DNA of 64,000 nt from Massalongia carnosa (taxonomy: Eukaryota). The stretch covers positions 1,798,001 to 1,862,000 of the forward strand of contig OZ287074.1 of NCBI GenBank assembly GCA_965645245.1, given 5' to 3'. The translations under genes were made by a program, and so were the position numbers. Below are positions 47,705 through 58,014 of the stretch, one piece after another. Numbering within the stretch: position 1 is the stretch's first letter; each line of letters opens with the position of its first letter. The notes under the pieces are model-generated. The model was given only the letters and a program-made list of their open reading frames with translations, ran no database searches and was not told the DNA's origin.

Positions 47705-50700
47705 CTCACAGTGGTCATGACTACCACTCTACAGAAGGTCATGACCATCAACCATCTCAACAGAGACACCTGGCTACTAGACAGCGCAGCGGACATGCAC
47801 GTATGCAATCACAGGCCGTCGTTCATCAACTACATAACACGCTCCACAGGTCTGGCAGGATCTACATCAGATGGCACGTCTCCAGGGAGGGGAATGATCC
47901 GGAAAACGTTGGCACTACAGGACGACTCACCCTCGTCAGTGTTAATACTGAACAACGTTCTTTTCATTCCACAGTGTCCAGTGAACCTCGTCAGTCTGGC
48001 ACTACTCAACCAAAACAACATCTACTATGACAATGTTAACTGGACCCTATTCAACGGGATTAGTCAGAACATCATAGGCTATGTGCCAAGAGTCAATACA
48101 AACTTTGTACTAAAGACCTTGGACGCCCCAGACGTGGCTACACATCTTATGCAGACAGATGAGAGCACCTTTCAGTGGCCGAACACATCAGTCTACCACA
48201 CGTCAGCCATAACAGACCTGTCAACATGGCATGCGCGTCTTGGTCATTTAAACCTGATCACCTGCCGAGCTTTTCTGAAAAGACTCGATGTGTCGTACTC
48301 AGACAACGTGAACAAAGATTGGTACTGTTCATCCTGTGAACTCGGAAAGGCCACTAAGATATACAACCGGACACCTCAGGAGAGAGCAACAGGCATCTTT
48401 CAAAAGGTTCATTCCGATCTAGTAGGACCCATCAAACCAGCAGGACTTCTTGAAGAACAGTACTTCTTTACCTTCACCTGCGATGCCAGCAGATACACTC
48501 ATGTGTATACAGGCATCAAGAAGAGCGAATGGTTTGATCATCTGTTGACATACTACAGTCTAGCTCAGAACAAGACAGGAAAGAGCAAGCCAATAAACAT
48601 CTTTCGAACTGATTTCGGCACAGAACTTCGAAGTCTGAAATCGGATGATTGGTTCCTGAAAGAAGGGATAACGTTTGAACCCTCCGCACCGTATTCACAG
48701 GAACAAAACGGTGTGTCTGAACGAACAGGCAGAACTATCATGGACATGACTAGATGTACCATCATTGCAGGAGGCATTCCGGACTACCTATGGACAGAGG
48801 TGGTTTTAGCTATGGTTCACACAAAAAACGTCAGACCTACAAATGCTTTATCCGGAAAGACCCCATTTGAAATTTACGAGTCAAAGTCACCTCCTCTGAA
48901 TCATCTGCGAGTGTTGGGATCAACCGTGTATGTCCTCATTCATGAGGAAGAACGCAAAGGCGCCAACAGCAAATCGGCCAAATTTCTACCTCGGGCCCAA
49001 CGCGGAGTCTTGTGTGGGTACGATGGATGCACAATCTATCGAGTCTTTCTGGAAAAGGACTACAGGGTCATCAGGGTCAAAGATCTGCGCATTCACGAAG
49101 ACGCCATCTCCAAAGACCAGACCAACGTTCCTACATACGAGGCCATCATGACTCCCGATACAGTCACTCCATCAAAATCAACAGTCATTTCATCCCCCAC
49201 AACGATTCCAAAACGTGGACGTGGCAGACCCAGGAAGCATGCTCAGATAGAACACGCATTGTCTCTTCTATCAGACACAGCTTTAGATGAACCCAATCAT
49301 ACTCCTACATACGATGACATAGACACAGAGGATCCACTCGTTCTTCTTGCCAGAACCTTGGAAAAGGAAGGATCATCAGGATTGGAAGACTATGACGCAC
49401 TGTCTCAACTCGACATAGCTGAACCTCAGACATACCATCAAGCTATGAAAGGTCCACATTCCGAAAGCTGGAGTCGTTCCATGGACAATGAACACAACAG
49501 TCTTCTCGAGAACGAAACATGGACTCTTGTCAGAACCGAGGATATGGAGCCCAATCATACTGCTCTCAGTGGAAAATGGGTATACAAACTGAAACGAGAC
49601 GTCAATGGAAATATCACACGGTACAAATCCAGATGGGTGGTGAAAGGCTATCTCCAGCAGTACGGAGTAGATTTCGAACAGACCTATGCCTCCGTAGTGA
49701 AACCAATGGCCTTCCGATTATTGTTTGCCATAGCAGCTCATCATGACTTGGACATCGAACAGCTTGATGTCGTCACAGCATTCTTGTATGGGGTAATAGA
49801 TCAATTGATTTACGTCCAAATGCCCAAAGGATATGAAAAAGCGGGCATGATCTGCAAACTGAACAAGGCTCTCTATGGCCTGAAACAATCTCCACGCCTA
49901 TGGTATGAAAGGCTATCCGAATTTCTACTTACCAAGCTGGGTCTGTCCAAACTTCACGCAGATCATAGTATCTTCTCCTCTTCGGCAGGAATAAGAGGTC
50001 CAATTGTTACCTCCTTCGTTGATGATCTGAACATCATAGGTCCAAAGGGATCTCCTATGATATCTGAAGTCAAGAAACAACTGAACATTGCGTTCAAGAT
50101 GGTGGACATGGGCCCAATCAGTCATTATCTAGGCCTAAAGGTAGAACGAAATCGCGATAACAGAACAATCAAACTATCTCAATCTACCTACATCGAAAAG
50201 GTCCTGGAGAAGTTTCATATGCAGAACGCGAAAACTACCACCACCCCAATGAAAGAAGGCAGTCTATTCAGAAATGAATCCCAGGCCTCAGAATCAGACA
50301 TTAAACAGTATCAAGCAATCGTCGGCTCCATCATGTTTGCTATGATAGAAATAAGGCCTGACATTGCCTACGCGACCTCAGTGGTCAGCCGACATGCCAA
50401 AAATCCTGGCAAATCACACATGGAGGCAGCCAAGCAGATTCTCAGATATCTCAGTGCAACCAGAGACAGAGGCATTACCTTTGGTGGCGGAGATTTGTCT
50501 ATACAGGGCTATTCCGATTCTGATTGGGCCGGTGACAAGGAAGACCGCAAGTCCACCTCCGGATACGTCTTCATGCTGAACAATGGACCAATCAGTTGGG
50601 CCTCAAAAAGACAGAAAACCGTTGCCCTCTCATCCACAGAAGCCGAATATATGGCACTCACCTTAGCTGCTAAGGAGACCATATGGATACGCTTATTGAT

Positions 50701-51007
50701 GACAGAACTCGGGCTGATGCAGGATGATGCTACTCCGACAGTGAATGTACTTGAAAGGGAAGGCGCTATAGCATTGAAAGGTGATAATCAGAGTGCTATA
50801 GCACTGGCCAATAATCCCGTCTTACATTCAAGGACTAAGCACATCGACATTCAGCATCACTTCATACGGAATGAGGTCACAGAGGGTCGAATAGACCTTA
50901 CCTATGTTTCAACAGAACACATGGTAGCGGACGGACTGACCAAACCGCTTACCCACGTCAAATTCTTCTCCTTCATCAGACAACTTCACATGAATTCATC
51001 TAGTTGA
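47705..51007 (+). CDS. Copia-2 Pol (PR-IN-RT-RH), in frame with gag after a single TGA
   Basis: Motifs: WLLDSAADMH, WHARLGH...CSSC, VHSDL, FRTDFGTE, EQNGVSER, YKSRWVV, QLDVVTAFL, FVDD, YSDSDWAG, SSTEAEY. There are no other stops. Confidence 0.93.
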   Translation, partial: LTVVMTTTLQKVMTINHLNRDTWLLDSAADMHVCNHRPSFINYITRSTGLAGSTSDGTSPGRGMIRKTLALQDDSPSSVLILNNVLFIPQCPVNLVSLALLNQNNIYYDNVNWTLFNGISQNIIGYVPRVNTNFVLKTLDAPDVATHLMQTDESTFQWPNTSVYHTSAITDLSTWHARLGHLNLITCRAFLKRLDVSYSDNVNKDWYCSSCELGKATKIYNRTPQERATGIFQKVHSDLVGPIKPAGLLEEQYFFTFTCDASRYTHVYTGIKKSEWFDHLLTYYSLAQNKTGKSKPINIFRTDFGTELRSLKSDDWFLKEGITFEPSAPYSQEQNGVSERTGRTIMDMTRCTIIAGGIPDYLWTEVVLAMVHTKNVRPTNALSGKTPFEIYESKSPPLNHLRVLGSTVYVLIHEEERKGANSKSAKFLPRAQRGVLCGYDGCTIYRVFLEKDYRVIRVKDLRIHEDAISKDQTNVPTYEAIMTPDTVTPSKSTVISSPTTIPKRGRGRPRKHAQIEHALSLLSDTALDEPNHTPTYDDIDTEDPLVLLARTLEKEGSSGLEDYDALSQLDIAEPQTYHQAMKGPHSESWSRSMDNEHNSLLENETWTLVRTEDMEPNHTALSGKWVYKLKRDVNGNITRYKSRWVVKGYLQQYGVDFEQTYASVVKPMAFRLLFAIAAHHDLDIEQLDVVTAFLYGVIDQLIYVQMPKGYEKAGMICKLNKALYGLKQSPRLWYERLSEFLLTKLGLSKLHADHSIFSSSAGIRGPIVTSFVDDLNIIGPKGSPMISEVKKQLNIAFKMVDMGPISHYLGLKVERNRDNRTIKLSQSTYIEKVLEKFHMQNAKTTTTPMKEGSLFRNESQASESDIKQYQAIVGSIMFAMIEIRPDIAYATSVVSRHAKNPGKSHMEAAKQILRYLSATRDRGITFGGGDLSIQGYSDSDWAGDKEDRKSTSGYVFMLNNGPISWASKRQKTVALSSTEAEYMALTLAAKETIWIRLLMTELGLMQDDATPTVNVLEREGAIALKGDNQSAIALANNPVLHSRTKHIDIQHHFIRNEVTEGRIDLTYVSTEHMVADGLTKPLTHVKFFSFIRQLHMNSSS

Positions 51008-52553
51008 GTTCACACCGCGCAGCGCGGTTTTGATCATCAGAACAAGTACTGGCAGAACTTGAGGGAGGGTGTTGAATGTTCAACTTCTACCAGCATTGCC
51101 TAGCCGATAGATTAGATAATATCAGATCTAATCTAAGCGCATAGAGGCTCGGATAAACTATTATCATCTCGCTTAGCAGAGGTGACCAAGATAAAGGAAC
51201 AGATTGCTCTGCACTCCGTAGCAACTCTGCATCCTTAACATCATGGTCATACAGGCCCCTATCTTTACATAGTCATATAGCCATAGTCATAGACCTATTC
51301 AACAACATCCGCTGAAGCGATATACTCCATTAACAATCTGCATTTCAACCCTTTTATCGGCTCACGGAATTTGCCTCGAGCTCACTAAGTTACTAAAAAA
51401 TCTTCGATTTACAGCCTGCAGGTTGCTTGGCCTCTGGAAAATCTTCATTATTTTCACCCAGGCCACCGGGGCCTGCTGTCGGTATTTAATAACTCGCTTC
51501 TTCCACTTGTGTTGCAAAGCCTTGAAACCTGCATAATATTCTACATACTGCCGCCTCTCTTTCTATGAAACATCCACCATCCTCGTTCTGCTCTTCTGAA
51601 CATCTAACCCCCTCACTCTCTGAAAAGACTCTTGTCTTGCTTAAGAGCAATATCTCATAGAAGTTTCATGCATACTTCAAATCAATGACCCTTCACATCC
51701 AAATATACGCGTCACGACCTTAGCTAAAAATACCTTTCCCTTTCTTCACCACCTTATCACCGACTCCTTCTATCCATAAATACTCAACTCTCACTATCAT
51801 ATCTCCAAGCACGCATCTTGCCCTCATAAACCTACTCACATGTTTTATTCGTCTAACAATCGCCATTATTAGCTGTGACTCCCTCAGCACGTTTTTACTC
51901 ATTTGGTTACCAAAGTCATTCTTCCCTCATCTGCTAAGAGAAGCTTTTACAGATTCGTCCTTATTTGGTATAACTACTTTCTTAGCTTTGAAGCCTTAAT
52001 CTAGCCTATCAGCTAGCTTCCTACAAATCCTGAGACTTCTTTCGTCTCGTTGATAAGTTATTCTACCTCCACACTCCCCCTTCTGTCTTTTACTCCTATC
52101 AAGGCGGAGAACTCAGTACAGGTAAGTCCATCATCAGGCAACCGAAAATTTGGCACTTCAGTTTTGACAACCTTGGCCAACAACACAAATACTAAAATCT
52201 CCCGAGACAAGCCAAAGTAACTCATAGGGGGTTTAGAATACAATTTTTTTTCTGATAGTGAGGTGGCCTTACCTCAGTACATCATTACAGCACGTTCGAT
52301 TCACCACCATATCACTCATCAGTTTATTTGCTCGAACTGAGCTGCAAATCAATGGGACCGGCGCCCGGAGCTCAACATTAAGCCCATCTGAATCGCAGTG
52401 CCCTTCATTATCTACTTTTTCTTGCAGTGTTTAGATATTACGCTCTTACACTGAGGTTAGAGGTTGGCACCGCAAAATTAATTCCAATCCGTGGTCATCG
52501 TTTCATTTTATCCTACAAGCATTAACTTAGCCCCTTCGTTAAGGCTAGTTACA

Positions 52554-55500
52554 ATGTCCTCTGGCAGCGACTCTTTATTTGGTGATGGCTCGTCTGGTAG
52601 TTTTCGCTTCGGCGACGAGGATAACACATATGAAGAATTTATGGGAACGCAGTTTCCCCTTTCACCCCCGGATTTACCCGTACTCATACCTCAGGGAGAC
52701 CTCAACAGCTTCCCCGGAAATACAATTATCAATACTATTCAGGGTTTGTCCGAGAACAAAACACCCGGTGCCAATAAAGAGTCATCTAGTAGGGAGCTGA
52801 TCAATATGAACGATTCTACAGTAGAGGGTTTCTCATCGCAAAAGCGTCCTGGACGTCAGCCCCGCCCTGCTAAGCAGTTCGTAATTCTAGACGACGCTGA
52901 GATTATAGATTTGGAGTCTGCAGGATTTCCTATACCATATTCATCTATCAATCACTGGAGCTGTCACGCAGACTTGGTTAAGGCCGAGGGGCAGAGAGCC
53001 ATCATTGTAGAGGACGTACCGCGACACGCAATTAAGGAAGAAGCAGTTGAAAGATTCGGGTGGCAGGAAATGGGCACACGCATGATCGAACTTTCCGATT
53101 CAGAGGATGAGAATACGCTACATAAGCTTGATGCAGCTACTCCCTCATCAATACTGGCCGCTTCAGATACAATAATGTCGAGCCTAAAGGCAAGTAGTTT
53201 TGGCGCGGGGTTGCCAACGCTATCAACCAAGGCCAGAAGGCCTATTTTGGACCGCGAAATGCTGCTAAGAGCTCAGAAAGCTTTGGTTTCAAGGGCTTCC
53301 GGTAAGAGAATGTCAAATACGGGCGCTATCTTCAAAAGCGCTCAACCACCAAGTCAACCATTAGTTGAAGATGAAAACGCCTGGATGAAATCCAACATGG
53401 AATTTGAGAAGGATGCGGCTGCGATGTATGTACCCCGGCTTTACTTCATGAAAATGCTAACTGCTCGAAGATTTGCCGACTTGAAGTCCAAATTCAAAAG
53501 CAAAAAAAGAGCAGGCCGTCTCACCTGGGAGGACGATATTGCGTTTTTGAAAGCGGAAACCATAGAAAAAGCACGCTTGAAGCGCTTGAAACTGGATTAT
53601 GAACAGATCCGTGGGCCCGTATGCAGGCATGTAGTTCCTTTCTCGTGCTTGGGAAGGCTTGCTAAATATTTAAGGGACAGTGAGGATCTTGATGACAACC
53701 TAGAAAGTGACAATGAGCTCTTTATTTCGGAAGCACAAGGGCCTTCAATGAAGCGTCGCCATCAGGTAATGGTAGAAACTGAAGACGATGAGCCAGCTGA
53801 CGCTGAGCTGGTCGAGTAAGTAATAGGCGTTAGTGTTATGTTAGCTGTTTAAACTGACTGAGTTTGAAAATAGCGACGAGCGTGATCCCAACAAACTGGC
53901 CAAGCCAATGTCGAAACGAAGGCATGCCAAAGAGAAGGAGGCAGAAGAAGAGGCAAGCATGCGTGTCGGTATCGAAGAATATCTCGAAAAGCGGAACAAA
54001 CTGGAAGAAAGAAAGGCAAGAGCGTCAAAGAAATCCCCAGAAAGCCGGATGAGTCACAAGAAATCGTTAAGAGGAGAAAGAAAACCAGAGAAAGGGTCCA
54101 AAAAGAAGGCTGCTCCAAAGAAATCAAAAGTAAAGAAGTCAAAAGCTGACAGGGCCAGTCGATTGAATGACATTGGTAGCTTGTTAGGCAGTAATATCTA
54201 TGAGGATGCAAACCGAAACCTAGAGCGCGCTGATTTCGCCGTGGCCACGAGTAAACGAAAAAACGAGGTGTTGAAGGCTTTGTTAGCAGGCGTTCCACTT
54301 GAAGACCAGCGGGAGGCCAGAGGCCACCAGGCAGATATTTTGCGGTCATCGAAAATCCTTGGAAAGGGGAAGGTTTTCGCTGACGGTAAAGGCCGATGGA
54401 AGCTGAAAGGTTTGTGTTTTGTCACCTAGCTATCTAGCTCGATTTTCATTAAAAATCTTCGAATATTCAAGGTGCATCTGCTGGTCTAACTTAGCATACC
54501 TAGGGATGGCATCATCTTTATGGCATCATCAAGTGCAAGGCTCGGCATGGATGAGGGAACGCGAACTCCAAGACATCGAGCCGCGTGGAGGATTACAGGC
54601 CGATGGAATGGGTTTAGGGAAGACAGGTATGTTGCCTAATTATTCCTCCCCTAGGTATCATTATTAATCCTATTATCAGTAATGATGATCGCTCTAATGG
54701 TGGCTAACCCGCCGAGTGCCGAGGACTCTAAATGGTTTGCTGATGAATCTAATGTCAAATTAGTGACTTTCTGACGAATTTATAGTACCTTGATTGTCTG
54801 CAACCCCTCGCTCACCTTTCAATGGATGAAGGAGCTCAGAACACATGCAGAACTTAAGGTTTTCCCTAGAATCCTCCGCTATCAAGCATCTACTAGCACG
54901 GAAACTTTTGGAGATGACTGCGAAGCAGCGATATCAACCGCTGACGTGGTGCTCACCACTTATCAGGAAGTGTTAAGGTCATACCCGAAGTATAAACCCC
55001 CTGGGGAAATTCTACCTCCAGAAAAGCGAGAGGAATGGTGGAAGAAGGTGTATAAAGAAAATCGGAATTTGCTACATCGAGTCCATTTCTATAGGGTCGT
55101 TCTTGATGAAGCTCAAGCGATCAAAAACCATCGTTCGCAGACATCCAAAGCCTGCCGAGGGCTGATGGCCAAGCACCGCTGGGCCCTGAGTGGTACACCA
55201 ATCCAGAACGCTGTGGAGGAGTTATTTCCTTATTTCAAATTTTTGCGGGTGCCTCAAACGGGATCATACGAAGTCTTTAAGGAAAACTTTTGCGATGCCG
55301 AAAACGACAAGTGCACACCTCGATTGCACACTATGTTGAAGCGAATCATGATCCGCAGGACACACAAAAACACTCTCTTCGGGGCTCCAATCGTCAAATT
55401 GCCGAAGAACTCTAAGAAGACGTACTGGATTGAGTTTAATCCTGTTGAGCGAGCCATTTACGAAGCAGTTCGTAATCGATACATCCAGCACATTAACAAC

Positions 55501-57057
55501 AAATCACAAGCGGGTACGCTCGAAAAGAGTTACAGGAACGTACTGGTATGTTTACTATTTTCTATCCCTTGATAAATGAAGTGAGCTAAGGTTGCAGACT
55601 ATGCTACTTCGTCTTCGTCAACTGACCGCACATCCTTTCATGCTTCAAGAGACTATTGAGAACCTTTTCGAAATGGAAGACGTAGAGAAGTTATGGGAAA
55701 AAACTGCCTCCGAAGTCACGGCAGATGATACGCCTGCCAAAGATATGGTTGCAACGATGCGGAAAATGATCGCTGCAAAAGGTGAGCCTGAGCCTGGAGC
55801 AGCTCCTCCACCAAGTTCTAAAGTTATTCCTGCCGAGAATACTGCAGAAGAGGTCGAAAATACCCCACTCGTCTTCAAATTTCGAAGGTATCTTCGCAGT
55901 CTGGCGAAGAACTCCAAGTGGACAGATCTCAAAGACCGCAGCTTATGCCATAAATGTCGAGATGTGCCTGATGAACCGTATGTGACCGACTGTTTCCATC
56001 TTTACTGCAAAGAATGTCTAAACGCCATGGCACTCGCAGCTACCGAGAAAGGAGAGTATGAGACTGCATGTTTGGAGTGTGGAATCATATTCAAAGAGTC
56101 TCGACCATGCGTCGGATTAGTCGAACTGGACCAGGGCGATGATTTAACCGCGGCTTCTCCAGGAGCATCACCACGAACACGGCGAGATCCAGACCAAGAC
56201 ATTAAGTGGATTAACATGGGTGGTCGGATTCTACCGTCGTCGAAGACCGCGGCCGTGCAAGCGCAGGTGGAGATTTGGCTCCGAGACGAGCCCGAGAAAA
56301 AGATTATCATTTTCAGTCAATTCCATATGTTGTAGGTTTCTCTCTCTTCCACCGGCGATGAAAGCATTTTGCTAACGTTCGAAATAGCATGAGAATCCTG
56401 GAGAGAGTCTGCCAAACTCAGGAATGGAAGTACTGCACTGTATGTCCCACTTTGACCTTGATTCCATCCCATCGTCGCTAACGGTTCAAAGTATCACGGG
56501 AAGATGAAACAATTGACACGAGAAAAGGCCATCGCCAGTTTCCGAGAAGACCCGGAGGTGAAAATGTAAGTATCCCTCTAACCCTTCTCCCACGTTCCCA
56601 CCAAAAAACCCCCCCCCACATCCCTAACCCCTTCCGCCAGCATGATCGCCAGTCTAAAATGCGGCGGCGTCGGCCTAAACCTGACCATGGCCTCGCGCGT
56701 CATCTGCGTCGACTCTGGTGGAACCAGAGCGTGGAGCAGCAAGCGTTCTGCCGCGTCTTCCGCATCGGCCAGGACTCGGAAACGTTCATTACGCGGCTGG
56801 TGGTCAAGAACACGGTGGACGAGAAGCTCCAGGAGATACAGGACGAGAAGGAGAAGGCTATCGGCGCCGCCATCGACGACAATACGATGCTAGAGAAGCT
56901 CTCGCTGCAGGATCTCATGGGCCTGTTTGGGCCCGTCACCCTCGACGATAATCGCAAACCCTTCATTCTGGTGGACGACGAGGGGGAGTATGAGGGCTTA
57001 GCGCCGAGGAACTGGGATCATCCGGACGGGGAAGAGTTTGGTTTGCCGCCGCGCTAG
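52554..57057 (+). CDS. SNF2-family helicase/ATPase with inserted RING finger (Rad5/Rad16/Uls1-like), multi-exon; 1-bp frameshift near 56713
   Basis: Motifs: GGLQADGMGLGKT, VVLTTY, RVVLDEAQ, WALSGTPIQN, LLRLRQL..HP, RING C..C...C.H..C..C...C..C, IIFSQF, SLKCGGVGLNLT, WWNQSVEQQAFCRVFRIGQ. There are multiple GT-AG introns. Confidence 0.9.
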
Positions 57058-57304
57058 GGAAAGGGGAGGGGGGTTGCGGGGTTAGACGAGGGGATACTCG
57101 GGGAATTTCCCCTTTTCTCTTTTTTTTATATTTTTATTTATATTTTTTTTAAAGTATTAGCTAGGAATTTCTAAACGGGATAAGTACATACGTACCTACA
57201 TAAAATACACCATCCAGACCGATATCGTACCCCATATCTAAACAAGATACGAGAAGGTACGAGGCACCCAGGTATATCGATGGGATCATTCATTCACCTC
57301 CCCG

Positions 57305-57306
<2 letters not shown>

Positions 57307-57338
<32 letters not shown>
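57307..57338. repeat. (TC)16 microsatellite in a low-complexity convergent intergenic region
   Basis: Direct reading. A (CA)n tract at about 57375-57392 and G/C homopolymers lie nearby. Confidence 0.95.
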
Positions 57339-57342
<4 letters not shown>

Positions 57343-58014
57343 GTTCCCTTTCTCCCCCTTCTCTGGAGCGGGAGCACACACACACACACACACCCGTCCG
57401 GTATCCGTTTGTCGTCGTCGTTGTTGTGTGAGTGGGTGGATGGGTGGGAGATAATGGAAAGAAAGCAAATAGACAAACAAACACAGGAGGCGGGGCTAAA
57501 AGGGGGGGGGGAAGGAAGAAGAGAAGGGACTGGAAAGGGAGGGAAGGAATTGGGGGATTGAATTGGAGGGGGGGGGGGGGAAAGGCTCCGTAGCAAAGAG
57601 TTCAGACCAAAGCATTCGAAAAAGGAAAAAGTCCCTCGATAACCATTCATTTTACCCCCCCCCCCCCCTTTTTCTACTAACTGAAGAGAGACAGTTGGCG
57701 GGTTCTTTTCCGGAACTCGGTACTAGAGGGAAGCAAGAAGGGGAATAATAGATTGAGGATATTAAGTTCTACCTGATGGCTACCGTACTATGTATGCGTA
57801 ACGCGAGCAAGCAAGCAAGGAAGCAGCAGACGGGAAACGAGAAAACGATGGGTGGTATCATACGCAATGTGCTTGGCCGAACCCCAAACCAGCAACTCGG
57901 TTCCTTCCGTCCAAAATAACATAAGAGATGCGACTTCCAAGCCTCCACGCTGTAACGAGAGCTTTCAAACGAGGTGGGCAAAAGCCAATGGGAGCGGCTA
58001 GGATGATGCCGCAA

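Larger units (their letters stand above)
44948..51304 (+). mobile_element. Full-length Ty1/copia LTR retrotransposon (copia-2) with a long repetitive leader
   Basis: The LTRs are 44948-45183 (236 bp) and 51070-51304 (235 bp; one A fewer). TSD ACATC (44943-47, 51305-09). PBS GGTTATGAGCCC at 45184-95. PPT GAGGGAGGG at 51061-69. Confidence 0.97.
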
